From the NCBI GenBank assembly GCA_963755915.1, contig CAVWLP010000002.1, positions 2,304,001-2,368,000 on the forward strand: a DNA stretch of 64,000 bases, given 5' to 3'. Positions 41,841-53,498 of this stretch are shown one piece after another; position 1 is the first letter of the stretch; each line of letters starts with the position of its first letter. Position numbers and translations under genes: made by a program. Below the pieces are notes generated by a model. It made no database searches, was not told where the DNA came from, and worked only from the letters and a program-made list of their open reading frames with translations. Origin of the DNA: an uncultured Phycisphaerales bacterium. GTDB taxonomy: Bacteria; Planctomycetota; Phycisphaerae; Tepidisphaerales; Tepidisphaeraceae.

Positions 41841-43066
41841 TGACAGTGGTTCATCAGATCGCAGCGGCTCTTTTCTGGCTGAGCATTGGCGCTATTGCTT
41901 ATGCTTACGTCATCTATCCCGTCGTGCTGTGGATAGCCGCCGGAATATTTGGTCGCAAGGCTGATCCGTCGCCGCTGGCCGATGAGTCGTTGCCGTTTCT
42001 CTCAATCTTGATCGCAGCTCATAACGAGCAAAGTGTAATCCATCGCCGGATTCAAAACGCACTGGAACTGAATTACCCGGCGGAAAAGTTTGAAATCGTC
42101 ATCGCCTCCGATGGGAGCACCGATTCCACAGCGGACGTTTGCAGGCAATTCGAAGATCGACGTGTTCGCGTGCTCAATTTTCCTGTTCGGCGCGGCAAAG
42201 CCGCTGTTTTGAGCGCGGCGATGACCGAAGTCCGCGGCTCGATCGTCCTGCTTTCCGATGCAAACACATTTACGGATCAATCGGCGGCCAAATCACTGGT
42301 CCGGTGGTTCACGGATGAAAAGGTTGGCGCAGTCTGCGGCCGCCTTGTTCTGCAAGACTCCACAACTGGAAAAAACGCCGACGGCCTCTACTGGCGATAC
42401 GAAACCTTCCTCAAGATGCACGAAAGCCGCCTCGGCGCGCTGCTCGGCTCAAACGGCGCGATCTACGCCATTCGCCGCGATTTATTTCCACAGCTTTCGC
42501 CGTCAACCATTGTGGAAGACTTTGTAATTCCGCTGCTGGCCCGATTAAAAACCAACTGCCGGATCATCTATGACGCCGACGCCGTCGCGCACGAGGAATC
42601 CGCTCCCGATATTCAGAGCGAATTTCGCCGCCGCGTACGGATCGGCGCCGGCGACGTGCAGGCGATAAAGACGCTATGGCCGCTGCTCAATCCCCGCCAC
42701 GGCTGGATCGCTTTCACCTTCTTTTCGCACAAGGTCCTTCGCTGGTTTGGCCCGCTGTTTCTCGTGATGGCTCTGCTCGCAAACGCGGCACTGCTCGATC
42801 TGGAATTCTATCGGCGCCTCGGTTTGCTCCAGCTTGGCGGATATGCAATGGCGGGCATCGGGGCGCTCGTACCCAGGGGCATTCCCGGTTGGAAGCTCCT
42901 GCGGCTTTGCAATCTCTTTGTGACCATGAACGCGGCGCTGCTGGTTGGATATTTCTCGATCTTCTTCGGCTCGGCGAGCAGCGCGTGGAAACCGACGAAA
43001 CGCTCCGGCAGCGATGAATCTCTTCCCGATGAATCCCCGATTGTGGCCGCTGAGGCGGTTGAATAA
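41837..43066 (+). CDS. GT2 glycosyltransferase
   Basis: AAHNE, SDGSTD, LSDAN, VEDF, EFRRRVRI; TM helices at both ends. Confidence 0.92.
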   Translation: MMTVVHQIAAALFWLSIGAIAYAYVIYPVVLWIAAGIFGRKADPSPLADESLPFLSILIAAHNEQSVIHRRIQNALELNYPAEKFEIVIASDGSTDSTADVCRQFEDRRVRVLNFPVRRGKAAVLSAAMTEVRGSIVLLSDANTFTDQSAAKSLVRWFTDEKVGAVCGRLVLQDSTTGKNADGLYWRYETFLKMHESRLGALLGSNGAIYAIRRDLFPQLSPSTIVEDFVIPLLARLKTNCRIIYDADAVAHEESAPDIQSEFRRRVRIGAGDVQAIKTLWPLLNPRHGWIAFTFFSHKVLRWFGPLFLVMALLANAALLDLEFYRRLGLLQLGGYAMAGIGALVPRGIPGWKLLRLCNLFVTMNAALLVGYFSIFFGSASSAWKPTKRSGSDESLPDESPIVAAEAVE

Positions 43067-43071
43067 TCACA

Positions 43072-43991
43072 ATGTTCAAAGCCGCGAATCCAACCATTTC
43101 ATCGACGCAATCAGTGTGCACGACGCGCGACTGGATGATCGCCGCCGCAATGCTCCTCACCGCCGTCGGCGCAACCTTCGACGCCTGGCGCGACATTTTC
43201 CGCCTCGGCTTTAACGACGAGGAGCTGAGTTACGTCATGCTCGCCCCGATCGTGATTTTCAGCCTGGCGTGGTCTCGCCGGCAGTCGCTCAAGAATGGGA
43301 TCGTCACCGGCACGTGGCTCGGCGTCGTGCTTTTGGCCTTGAGCGGGGCGGTTCTCTGGTACGGGTATTACTACGACCCGGTCATCTGGCGCGCGGCGCG
43401 GTCCTGATCGCCGCCGCGACTTTGATCGCCGCTTTGGGCACCAATTTCGCCCGCCGCCTCGCCCCGGCCCTGCTGGCGATGATTTTCCTGATCCCCATCG
43501 ACCCCGATGGCCGTTATCACATTGCCGGCCCCCTGGAAACTTTCACCTCCCGCGCCGCCCAGGTTTGCTGCGACATTCTGGGCATGTACGTTCAGCGCGA
43601 CGGGAATCTGCTCATCATCAACGGCGCGGCCGTCACCGTCGCCGAGGCCTGCAACGGCGCACGGATGGTTCTCTCGCTCTTCATGGTCTGCTATTTCGTG
43701 GCGTTCTCACCGCCGCCGCGTCCCTGGTGGATACGCCTTGTCGTGCTGGCGCTCAGCCCCATCGTAGCGATTGTCGCCAATGTCTTGCGCCTCATCCCCA
43801 CGATCTGGGCTTTCGCCCATCTCTCAGCACCCGTCGCCGAGCGATTTCACACACTCGGCGGCTACGTCATGCTCGTCGCGGCATTCATCGCGTTGATGGC
43901 ATTGATGAGATTTCTGGGTCGGCTGGCGCGCCCATCCACGGCCCCGGTGCACACCGAATTTGAAAGCGTGGCCCCGGCCGTACTCTTATGA
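43072..43991 (+). CDS. Exosortase (frameshift near 43395)
   Basis: Multi-TM protein with catalytic triad motifs VAEACNG, ANVLR, FHTLGG. Confidence 0.88.
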
Positions 43992-44683
43992 TCGCAAACT
44001 CAAAAGTCATTTCCCGCATCGCTGCTCTAATTCTTTTGGGCGCTGTCGCTGTTCAGAATTACGCAGCCCGCCTCTCAGCGCCGGATTTCGAAGCCTATCG
44101 CGCCTCTATCCGAGAAGCTGCGGCACGAATTCCCGATCGCATCGGGCCGTGGATCGGCCACGACGTTCCCGTGCCGACGCGGGCACTCACCGTGCTCCAG
44201 CCCAATGTCATGATCAGCCGGGATTATTTGAATATTGAATCGGGGCTTCATGCGGGCGTTCTGTTCGTTCACTGTGCCGATGCGCATCACATGGTCGGAC
44301 ACTTTCCAGCCCGCTGCTTTCCCGCCGATGGCTGGCAGTTCGTGGGCAGCGGGCCCATCGATTGGCGGGCGGGGAACCTTCCCCTCGTCGGGACCGAATA
44401 CGAGTTTTTCATGCAGGAGATCGGGGAAGACGTCAGCGGCCAGCAGCGGATCATCGTCGATAATTGCCTGCTTCGCCCCGGCGGGCTGATCCTTCGCGAT
44501 ATGAACGGCGTCAGCGATTCCATCGTCGGCGCCACCGGCCAGGCCAGCGGCGTCGGCGAAATCCAGTTCTATTTTGATGCTTCAATTCCCAAGGCCCAGC
44601 GCGACAAAGCGATGACAGAATTATCTGCCGGCTATCGTCCGCTGATCGACGCGGTTCTTTCGGCGCCCAAAACCTCAAAATGA
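43988..44683 (+). CDS. Exosortase-associated EpsI-family protein
   Basis: IPDRIGPWIG, SRDY, GHFPARCFPADGW; adjacent to exosortase. Confidence 0.8.
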   Translation: MIANSKVISRIAALILLGAVAVQNYAARLSAPDFEAYRASIREAAARIPDRIGPWIGHDVPVPTRALTVLQPNVMISRDYLNIESGLHAGVLFVHCADAHHMVGHFPARCFPADGWQFVGSGPIDWRAGNLPLVGTEYEFFMQEIGEDVSGQQRIIVDNCLLRPGGLILRDMNGVSDSIVGATGQASGVGEIQFYFDASIPKAQRDKAMTELSAGYRPLIDAVLSAPKTSK

Positions 44684-44686
44684 TTT

Positions 44687-47600
44687 ATGACCCCAAGACG
44701 TAAAACAATCGCCATTACGCTCGCGGTTGTGCTGATCGGCGGAAGCGCCGGTGCGTATTTCGTCGCGCGAGATATTCTCATCCACCGCCTGAATTCCTGG
44801 CGTGCGCAAGGGATCGCCGCCTCTATCGCCGGCGATAATGAAAAGGCCGTTACCCTCCTTTCCCGCTACCTCAATCGCCGGCCGCAGGATGAAGAGGCCC
44901 TGAGCTATTACGTGAATTCCCGCGAGCTGGTCCCTCTTCCCAACGGCCAGCATCTCGCCCAGACGGTCGACGGGCTGAAAATGCTCCTGGCGCTCGATCC
45001 CAATCGCATGGATGACCGCCGTCACCTCATGAAGTTGTATTACCAGCTCGATCGCCTTCCCGAAGCCCTCGATTTGGCGAACGCAATCCTGGCAAAACTT
45101 CCCAAAGATCTGGTCGCGCTGGAGATTAAGACGCAAGCACTGACCCGGCTGAACGAAAATCACGAGGCGATGGACGCTGTCGATGCCTGGGCCGCCGCCG
45201 CGCCCACGCTCCTTCCGCCTGAGATGATGCGAATCGCCCTCGAGCAGCGGCTGGGCCGCTCCAGCGACCTCATCGTCGCCGACGTCACTATGCAGCGCGA
45301 AAGTCATCCGGGAGATCCGCGTTTCGAGTTTCTCGAGGGATTCGCCTACGAACAGGTGGGCGACAATGCGAACGCCACCCGTTGGCTCAAGCTCGCCGCG
45401 AGCCATTCGAACTTGCAGAAGGACCTTGTTCAATTCCTCGTCGAGCAACTCGACCTTCAGGGTCTGGGGAATGATTCCCTCACCCTGATGGAGCGCACGG
45501 AAAAAGAAACCGGCGACGCCGACCTGCGGCTGACCCTGGCCCAGCGGTATTGGGAGATGCATCGCTGGAAAGATGTCGCGACAATCCTTCAGGCCGTTGA
45601 TCCAAATAATCCCGCGTCGGATGCGACGACCATTGCCCTGAAGGCCGATGCGCTTGCCAACCTCGGGCAGACATCCGATTTCGAAGTTTGCGAAAAGGCC
45701 CTCGCAGCGCGCACCGATCCAGCGTCGCAGGCCTGGGCGAGCATTCTCAATCAACCTGCCGATCCCTCGCCCGCGGACATCCGCAATACCGTACATGCCT
45801 GCTCCGCCGCCGCGAGTATCGATTCCACCAATCCATATTATTTCTATTTTCTGGGGGCGTCGTACGCCCAGCTCGGCGAGGTCGATCTCGCAATCGTCAA
45901 CTATCGGCGATCGATGGATTTGGATATTGCCTGGAGCCTTCCCCCCGCCCGGCTCGTCGAGGCATTGCTATTCAAGGGCCGCCCGGATCAGGCCTTCGAT
46001 GTCGCTACTACCGCCGCCCAGCGCGGTCCCACCAACGCCGCCGCGATCCTCGCCCTGGCGCGGGCGTGGTCCGCGGGAGTTGAAAACGGAAGCATCGGCA
46101 AGGCCGATGAGCTGCTGAAGATGGTCCTGCTGATCGAAAAAGACCTGCCCAACGACGATCAGATGTCCCTGATTCAGGTTCAGCTTCTTGCCAAGCAGGG
46201 ACAAAAGTCAGAGGCATCCCGTGCCGCACTTGAAAAGCTGTCCCGCAAACAGCCGCCCAGTGAATCGTTTTTCCTCGCGGTTGTCGCGCTCAGCCATAAG
46301 TATGGTTTGGGGATTCAGCAGCAGTGCATGGAGAAGTGGCGCACAGATTACGGCGCTACGCCGCTGCTCGCGTATGCCTCGGCCGTGGATCGGCTTCTCG
46401 ACGGTCACGGCGACGAAGGTTTGTCGCTTTTCGACAGTTTGGCGAATCAGAGTGGCCACGCCGGCGACCTTGCCTGGAAGCTGCCTCGGGCCAAATACCT
46501 CGATATCTCGCGCGACCCATCTGCCAAATCCGCCTGGATCGCGCTTCGCGATGCCTATCCGAACGATTTGTCCGTCCAGCAGGCTGTTGTTTCGGCCCAA
46601 ACCGTGCAGGGAGACTGGGACGTTCTCCAGCCCGCGATCGATCATCTTCACGCGCTCACCGGCGACAACGCGCTCGCCTGGCGGCTGGCGCAGGCTCGGC
46701 TACTGGTTGAATCTCCCCGAACCGACCAGGACAGCGAAACCGCCGCCGTTCAGCTCAACAAGCTCGTCCAGCGTTATCCCGACTCCCCCGAGATTCACGT
46801 CCTGCTCGCCCGCGACCTGGTCAGGCTTCAGCGGATTGACGCGGCCGTCGAGCAATTCACCACCGCGTCGAAGCTCGATCCCGCGGATGTCGCGATCGCG
46901 CTCCAGCTCGCCTCGCTCTTGCAGTCGCAGGGCGATTTTCAGCGCGTACAGGACGAGCTCGACAAAATCTCGCCCCAGTTGCGCTCCGATTCTGATCGCG
47001 AGCAAGCCGCCATTCTGCTCGACAAACAGGGCCAGGACGCAAAGGCAAGCCAGCTCCTGGAGCAGCCTCCCTCCACGGTGGATGAATCCAGCAACGCGCG
47101 GAACAACGCCGATCTTTTGCTAGCCTATCTCTATCGCCGCCGTCATGATTATCCCCGTGCCGAGGTCATCATCGGCCGATTGCTTCAACATCCCAACCCG
47201 ATGATCGTGGGGTTGGCCGCGTCCATCTATACCGATGAGGGCAAAACTTCGCAGGCCGAGCAGGCGCTTCGGATCCTCGACACCCTGAAACTCCCGCCGG
47301 GGATAAAAGAAATCCTATGGGGAAGCCACTACGCCGAGACCGGTGATTTTGCGGATGCAACGCCGCACTATCTCGCCGCAACGCGCGAGCGCGGTGCTCC
47401 GTCTCTTGCCTGGCAGTTACTCGCCGCCTGTCAATTCGGGCTGGGGCAGCGCGACCAGGCGATCGCAACGATTGCGGCCGGCCTCAAGGCCAATCCCAAA
47501 GACCAGGGGCTCTCGATGCTTGTCCAGCAGTCTGATTTGCTCTACGCAAGCGCGCAGGACTCTCGTCTCGATCCAATCATTACCGCGATCGTACGTGATC

Positions 47601-48847
47601 CGATCTCTGACAGTGCGGATCTGGAATTGCTTCAGGCGATCGTCCAGGCATGGGGATCAAACGACAGCCAGCTCCTCGCCACCCGCCTGCAAGATTTTGT
47701 CGGCAGCCATCCGGATTCTCTCAATGGGCAGGTCCAGTTGATGGAATGCTATGAAACAATGGGCCGCGCTGCCGATGCCGTTTCGGTCGCGCACAAAGCG
47801 GTCAACGCTTTTCCGACGGATTTTCAGGTGGTGCGTTCCGCGGTGAAGATCTGCGAATTGTGCCGCCAGTGGTCGGATCTTTCCGAGTTCGCCCAGGAAC
47901 TGAAGCGGCGCTCCCCCGGCGACGCGCAGGAGGCCGACACCGCGCTGGCGATGGCCGACCTTGGCCAGAACCAACCCGTCGCCGCGGTCAGTGTGCTCGC
48001 CCCATATCTCTCAGCGGCGAAGGCCAATCCCGACCAGAACGCCGATTTTCTTTCGCTCTACGCGTGCGCTACCGCCGACGCGGGAAATCTGCAGGAAGCG
48101 TTCGACCTGATCTGGCCGCTGGCGCTCGCTGAGCCGCAGTGGCGCCAGCGGTGGGTAGGCATCGCCAGAGGCCTGCCCGATAGCGTCCAGGCCGTTGCCT
48201 GGCTCGATCGACTCGCTGCCGCCAGGCCTTCGGGTGATCCGGATCTCCTCGCGTCAATCGCCGAAGCCTACAACGAGCTGGCTGCCGTTCAGCACGACGC
48301 GACATTGACACAAAAATCGAGCAGGCTTTTCGCGACCGTTGCTGCCTCTCCGACCGCCAGCACGTCGTCGCTCATAATGGCCGGCCTCCAGGCCGAAAGC
48401 TGCTCCGATTGGTCGCGTGCGCAAGCCGACTACCGACTCGCACTCCAGCACGATCCCGCGTCTTATATCGCCGCCAACAACCTGGCGATGTTGCTCATCC
48501 GCCACGGCGGCGATCCACACGAAGCCCTGCAATTCGCCCAGCGCACCGTTCAGCTTCAGCCGCGCGTGGCGACGTTTTACGACTCCCTGGCCGCCGTTCA
48601 CCAGGCGCTGGGCGACGCCCAGGCCGCCATGGCCGATGAGGCCATCGCAACCCAGCTCGATCCCGATGGCGTCCAGTGGAAAGTGCACAGCGCCCGTTAC
48701 CATCTCGACGCCGGCGATCCTGCGGCCGCCGCTCGGATCATCCAGGACATGGATCTGAGCGGTTTGTCATCCCAGACCCTTTCCGAATCACTCCAGAAAG
48801 AGCTCGAATCGGTCCGCGTGCGCCTCAAGCACAACAACCTTGGCTGA
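44687..48847 (+). CDS. Large TPR-repeat protein (PEP-CTERM system associated)
   Basis: 1386 aa, N-terminal TM, TPR-like helices, 'AANNLAML...FYDSLA'. Confidence 0.85.
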   Translation: MTPRRKTIAITLAVVLIGGSAGAYFVARDILIHRLNSWRAQGIAASIAGDNEKAVTLLSRYLNRRPQDEEALSYYVNSRELVPLPNGQHLAQTVDGLKMLLALDPNRMDDRRHLMKLYYQLDRLPEALDLANAILAKLPKDLVALEIKTQALTRLNENHEAMDAVDAWAAAAPTLLPPEMMRIALEQRLGRSSDLIVADVTMQRESHPGDPRFEFLEGFAYEQVGDNANATRWLKLAASHSNLQKDLVQFLVEQLDLQGLGNDSLTLMERTEKETGDADLRLTLAQRYWEMHRWKDVATILQAVDPNNPASDATTIALKADALANLGQTSDFEVCEKALAARTDPASQAWASILNQPADPSPADIRNTVHACSAAASIDSTNPYYFYFLGASYAQLGEVDLAIVNYRRSMDLDIAWSLPPARLVEALLFKGRPDQAFDVATTAAQRGPTNAAAILALARAWSAGVENGSIGKADELLKMVLLIEKDLPNDDQMSLIQVQLLAKQGQKSEASRAALEKLSRKQPPSESFFLAVVALSHKYGLGIQQQCMEKWRTDYGATPLLAYASAVDRLLDGHGDEGLSLFDSLANQSGHAGDLAWKLPRAKYLDISRDPSAKSAWIALRDAYPNDLSVQQAVVSAQTVQGDWDVLQPAIDHLHALTGDNALAWRLAQARLLVESPRTDQDSETAAVQLNKLVQRYPDSPEIHVLLARDLVRLQRIDAAVEQFTTASKLDPADVAIALQLASLLQSQGDFQRVQDELDKISPQLRSDSDREQAAILLDKQGQDAKASQLLEQPPSTVDESSNARNNADLLLAYLYRRRHDYPRAEVIIGRLLQHPNPMIVGLAASIYTDEGKTSQAEQALRILDTLKLPPGIKEILWGSHYAETGDFADATPHYLAATRERGAPSLAWQLLAACQFGLGQRDQAIATIAAGLKANPKDQGLSMLVQQSDLLYASAQDSRLDPIITAIVRDPISDSADLELLQAIVQAWGSNDSQLLATRLQDFVGSHPDSLNGQVQLMECYETMGRAADAVSVAHKAVNAFPTDFQVVRSAVKICELCRQWSDLSEFAQELKRRSPGDAQEADTALAMADLGQNQPVAAVSVLAPYLSAAKANPDQNADFLSLYACATADAGNLQEAFDLIWPLALAEPQWRQRWVGIARGLPDSVQAVAWLDRLAAARPSGDPDLLASIAEAYNELAAVQHDATLTQKSSRLFATVAASPTASTSSLIMAGLQAESCSDWSRAQADYRLALQHDPASYIAANNLAMLLIRHGGDPHEALQFAQRTVQLQPRVATFYDSLAAVHQALGDAQAAMADEAIATQLDPDGVQWKVHSARYHLDAGDPAAAARIIQDMDLSGLSSQTLSESLQKELESVRVRLKHNNLG

Positions 48848-48861
48848 TTACTTCCGATCCA

Positions 48862-50011
48862 ATGCGTAAACTCGCGGCCTCCTGGTTTCCCGCTTGCGCA
48901 GCTCGCTCGCTCAAATCGGCGATTTCGCCGCCAAAGGGCCAGATCGAAATGCTCCTCTGCATCGCCGATCATTTCGAGCCCGGCGCCGGCGGCGCAGCGC
49001 GCAGCTCGCGGATGAAAGGGTCAACCGCTGGGTCGAAACCTACCCTCGTCTTTTCTCCAGCTTTCGCGACAGCGACGGGCACCCGCCCCGGCACACGTTT
49101 TTTTATCCCCTGGAAATGTATCGCCAAAGTGAATTGGCCCGTCTTTCCGATCTTTGCCGGGACGGCTTCGGCGAAGTCGAAGTCCACCTGCATCATGACA
49201 ATGACAATGCCGGGAATCTTCGGGCAACCCTTGATGACTACTGCCGCAAAATCCACCAGGAGCACGGCCTCCTCACACGCGACCGCCAGACCGGTCAAAC
49301 CCGTTACGGCTTTGTGCATGGCAACTGGGCACTGAACAACAGCCATCCCTCGGGCCAGTGGTGCGGCGTAGACAACGAACTTGCGATCCTGCGCGATACC
49401 GGCTGCTACGCCGATTTCACATTCCCTTCTTACCCCAGCCCGACGCAGCCGCGCAAGATTAACAGTATTTACTATGGCTCTACGCGAGATACCGGCCGCC
49501 ACTCGTTGGATTTCGGACGAGAGGTCGGCGCCGGTTCTCCCCAGTCGGACAGCCTGATGCTCATCCAGGGCCCGCTTGTCCTCAACTGGCATTCGCGGAA
49601 ATTCGGCTTGTTGCCGCGCATCGAGAACGGAAACATCCAGGAATCCCAGCCGCCAGCGCCTTGCCGTATCGATCTCTGGCTCAGCGCAGGGTGCAGATCC
49701 CAAGCCGCCCAGATTGGTATTTCGTTAAGCTGTACGCGCATGGAGCGCCCGAACCCGGGCAAAGAATTCTTCTTGGAAAGGCCATGCAGCAATTGCACGA
49801 GGCCCTCGCCCAGCGGGCAAACGCCAAACCCGATTTCCGTTATCACTACGTAAGCGCGCGCGAGATGTACAACCTGGCCCGGGCCGCCAAGGCCAATTGG
49901 CCCGGCTCAGTCAATCAGGCCCGTGATTTTGAGCTGCCACCCCCTTCTTCATCAGAACTGAACAACAATTTCCGAAAATCTCTCACCGCAGCATGTCAAC
50001 CGATCTCCTGA
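48862..50011 (+). CDS. Conserved hypothetical protein, possible carbohydrate esterase (two frameshifts)
   Basis: CIADHFEP, HTFFYP, EVHLHHD, FVHGNWAL, YADFT, VKLYAHG joined across three ORFs. Confidence 0.65.
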
Positions 50012-50922
50012 AAATCGAACCAGCCGCTGATTCCCCCGCACCATCCGGGAATCTCCCCGCCGCGGACAAATCGTCTGCGATTGCTCCGCTCCCTCCCACG
50101 GTCATCCGCCCCCCGCGCGGTTGGCAATTCATCAATATCCGCGAGCTCTGGGACAGCCGCGAACTCCTGGCTCACCTCGTCTGGCGCAACGTCAAGGTCC
50201 GTTACAAGCAGACCCTCCTCGGCGCCGCCTGGGCGGTCCTCCAGCCGCTGCTGATGATGGTTGTCTTTACCATATTCTTCTCTCACGTTGCCAAACTTCC
50301 CGCGGGCAAGCTCCCATATCCCATATTCGTTTTCGCCGGACTTCTGCCCTGGACATTTTTCTCCACCGCCATCGCCAACGCCGGCAACAGCGTCGTCGGT
50401 TCCGAGCGACTGATTACCAAGATCTATTTCCCGCGTCTGACCGTTCCCTTCGCCACCATCGGCGCCGCCTTGGTCGATTTCGCCGTCGCCTTCTGCATGT
50501 TGGTCGTCATGATGTTCTGGTATCGGATCCCCCCGACCGCCTCGATCCTCTTCACACCCGTGATTGTCACGCTCATCCTTTTCGAAGCCCTTGGCGTCGG
50601 AACCCTTCTGGCAGCGTTGAACGTCGCCTACCGTGATTTCCGATACGTCATTCCCTTCCTCACCCAGCTTTGGATGTTCGCAACCCCAACCGTCTACATG
50701 CAGCCGACGCACGCCACCGGCGCCACGTCCTTCGGTATCGCAAGATATCTGCTCATCCTCAATCCCATGACCGGCCTCATCGGAACCTTCCGCGCCGCCG
50801 TGCTGGGTGAGCGGATTCCCTTGCACGAGTTCGGCAGTGCCGCGGCGATGGCCATCGTCATGTTCGTCATCGGCTGTTTGTACTTCCGCCGGGTTGAAGA
50901 CGATTTCGCGGACCTGGTTTGA
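49993..50922 (+). CDS. wzm: ABC transporter permease (Wzm-like)
   Basis: KVRYKQTLLGAAW, LITKIYFPR, YRDFRY, LNPM, FRRVEDDFADLV. Confidence 0.9.
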   Translation: MSTDLLKIEPAADSPAPSGNLPAADKSSAIAPLPPTVIRPPRGWQFINIRELWDSRELLAHLVWRNVKVRYKQTLLGAAWAVLQPLLMMVVFTIFFSHVAKLPAGKLPYPIFVFAGLLPWTFFSTAIANAGNSVVGSERLITKIYFPRLTVPFATIGAALVDFAVAFCMLVVMMFWYRIPPTASILFTPVIVTLILFEALGVGTLLAALNVAYRDFRYVIPFLTQLWMFATPTVYMQPTHATGATSFGIARYLLILNPMTGLIGTFRAAVLGERIPLHEFGSAAAMAIVMFVIGCLYFRRVEDDFADLV

Positions 50923-50935
50923 AACCGTCCTATCC

Positions 50936-52228
50936 ATGTTCAAAAAATTCGTGATTCTCGTTTTTGTCGCCTTCGCCGTGCGAACCGCCGACATGTTCGC
51001 CGCCCGAATCTGGGCCGTACCGCTCCACGGTGAACCCTCTGAGGAAGTTCGAATTGCTCAGCACGTGGAGGCCGGTCGCGGCTTTGTCACTCCATTCTAC
51101 AACTCCCTCAAGGATCCCCTCTCCCCATCAGCCCACTCTCCACCGGCATACGTTTATTTCCTTGCAGGCCTAATCCGCCTCGGAAACATTTTCGGCGCAG
51201 GCGCCCTGGTTCCTTATCGCGCCGCGATACTGATCAATGCCCTCCTCGGCGCCATCGCAGTCGCTTTTCTGGCTGCCGCCGGCGCAAACCTCGCCGGGTC
51301 CGTCGGTTTCTATTTCGTCGGATACATCGCGGCCCTCTGGCCAACGCTCGTGACTCAATCTCTGGTCATATGGGATACCGGATTCACCGTTCTCTTTCTG
51401 GCAATCGGAATCTGGCTGGCGACTTCGCCCTACATGCGAAGTGCCCATTCAAACCGGCGCTGCCTGCTCATGGGAATCCTTGGCGGCGTTGCCACTCTGA
51501 TGAACCCAATCGCAGCCCCATTTCTCGCCGCGGTGTTCGCCTCGCGACTCTTCCGGGCAGGTTCAGCGATTCGGCCTTATTTGCTCGTCGCCGCCGCATG
51601 GTTGGTCTGTATCACCCCTTGGACGGTTCGCAACGCCCTGGTGTTTCATCGCTTGGTTCCAATCCGACACAACTTCGGCTTCGAAGTGTGGCTCGGCAAC
51701 GTGCCCGGCTGTGACGGAACCGAGCAGTCTGCCGCCCCTCATCATCCGCTCGATAACCCCGCGGAACGCAGGCTGGCAATCCAGCTCGGCGAGAGCCGAT
51801 ACATGCAGCTCAAATCGCAGCAGGCAATCGACGCAATCCGCGCTAACCCGGCCCACTTTGCCCGGATGACCGCGAATCGGATCGTCTTGTACTGGTTCGG
51901 TGATGTGCGCCGCCCGACCCGATTATTTGGCGTGACCTTTCCCATGTTCCACGAGGCCAACCTCGTGAAGATTCTTGCCAATGCCTCTTTTCTTGGAGTG
52001 GCACTCGCGAGTCTACTTCGGCGGGGCTCCTTCGCCGGAAGATTCGCACTGGCTCTTGGAATTCTTGTCCTGCCGCTGCCTTTTTATATCACGCACGTCG
52101 GCCCCAACTATCGCGTTTTTGTCGATCCAATCCTTTGCGTTTTAGTCGGCATAACGCCGCTGTGGATCAGCGAGCGCCTGTCGGCGATGCGTTCCGCCGA
52201 GCAACCTGCCGCGCTGGGGCAAAGATGA
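50936..52228 (+). CDS. GT-C (ArnT/PMT-like) membrane glycosyltransferase
   Basis: Multi-TM; SAHSPPAY, PWTVRN, VWLGN. Confidence 0.7.
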   Translation: MFKKFVILVFVAFAVRTADMFAARIWAVPLHGEPSEEVRIAQHVEAGRGFVTPFYNSLKDPLSPSAHSPPAYVYFLAGLIRLGNIFGAGALVPYRAAILINALLGAIAVAFLAAAGANLAGSVGFYFVGYIAALWPTLVTQSLVIWDTGFTVLFLAIGIWLATSPYMRSAHSNRRCLLMGILGGVATLMNPIAAPFLAAVFASRLFRAGSAIRPYLLVAAAWLVCITPWTVRNALVFHRLVPIRHNFGFEVWLGNVPGCDGTEQSAAPHHPLDNPAERRLAIQLGESRYMQLKSQQAIDAIRANPAHFARMTANRIVLYWFGDVRRPTRLFGVTFPMFHEANLVKILANASFLGVALASLLRRGSFAGRFALALGILVLPLPFYITHVGPNYRVFVDPILCVLVGITPLWISERLSAMRSAEQPAALGQR

Positions 52229-53498
52229 AGGGCTCGCTCGCCATGCAAGCTTCACCGATCGTTTCACCGGAAGCTACCTTTTCCCCGCGCACCGGCCTCC
52301 TTCCGGCGATCGCCTGGTTGTTTCTCGGTGGACTGGTTATTCGCCTAGCGATCGCCTTATTTCTGGGTATCCACGCAAAATTGGAGTCCGACGAATTTGA
52401 ATACTACAGCGCGGCGGTCTCGGTGGCGCACGGAGATGGATATTGCCTCGTCCCGCAGCAATCCCCCGACGGTGTCCCTCATTTGACCGCATATCGAATG
52501 CCCGGCCCGGCCCTCATCATGGCCTTGGTTTTCAGAATGACGAACGCAAGCGTACCGGCCGCCCGTCTGAGTTCCGTCATTTTTGGAGCTGTCGCTGCGC
52601 CGTTGATGTTTCTCTTCGCCCGGCAGTTTAGCGGCAGCCTCCCCGCGCTGATTGCAGGCGCCGCTGTTGCAGTCCATACCGTGTGGAACTTCATGGCTCC
52701 CGCGATCGAATCCGAATCATATTTCATCCCCCTGCTGATCTTGGCTCTGTGGCTCACTGCCTGCTCGTGGCGGCGCAGGATGGAATCGCATTCCCGGCAG
52801 GACTCGCCTGGGGTGCCGCGATGCTCACGCGGCCCCATGCTCTCCCAATGCTCGTGCTCATTGTTCTGCTCGCGCTGGTCTCCCGCCGCTGGAAAATCGC
52901 CTGCCTCCATGTGGTCGCTTTTCTCGTCATGATCCTCCCCTGGACGGTCCGCAACTACATCGTTTTCCACCGTTTCGAGTCCCTGGAAACTTGCAGCGGA
53001 GAGACCCTCCTCGGGGCCAACAATCCATACGTACTCTCCAATCCAGCTCTCCACGGGATGTGGATCTCTCCCCTGGGGATTCCACAGTATCGCAGCCGCC
53101 TCAAATCTGTGCACGACGATTTCCAGCGATCCGAGCTCCAGCGCAGCATCGCATTGCAGTTTCTCCGCGGCCATCCAACCGAAATCCCCCGACTCGTCGT
53201 TTATAAACTCTGGAGATGGCTCACTCCCATCACCGGTTCCCGTGGCGCGGTCCGATGGCTTGTGCTGCTCTCCTACGGTTCGCTTTTGGCTTTGCTGGCG
53301 CTTGGATTACCCTTGGGGGTCTTCAAGCCCACCATCGAGTTGAAGTTGGCGCTTCTTTGCACCCTCGCATTAGCGGTCTCCACGATGGTTTACTGGGGAA
53401 ACCTCACCCGTGGTCGTATCCCCCTGGAATTCATCTGGCTCCCATGGGCGTGCGCCGCCGCCTGCCGGCTCGTGCAGCCCGCGAGGAAACCTTCATGA
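52225..53498 (+). CDS. GT-C (ArnT/PMT-like) membrane glycosyltransferase (frameshift near 52775)
   Basis: SDEFEYY, TAYRMPG, PWTVRN, GANNP; paralog of the preceding gene. Confidence 0.72.
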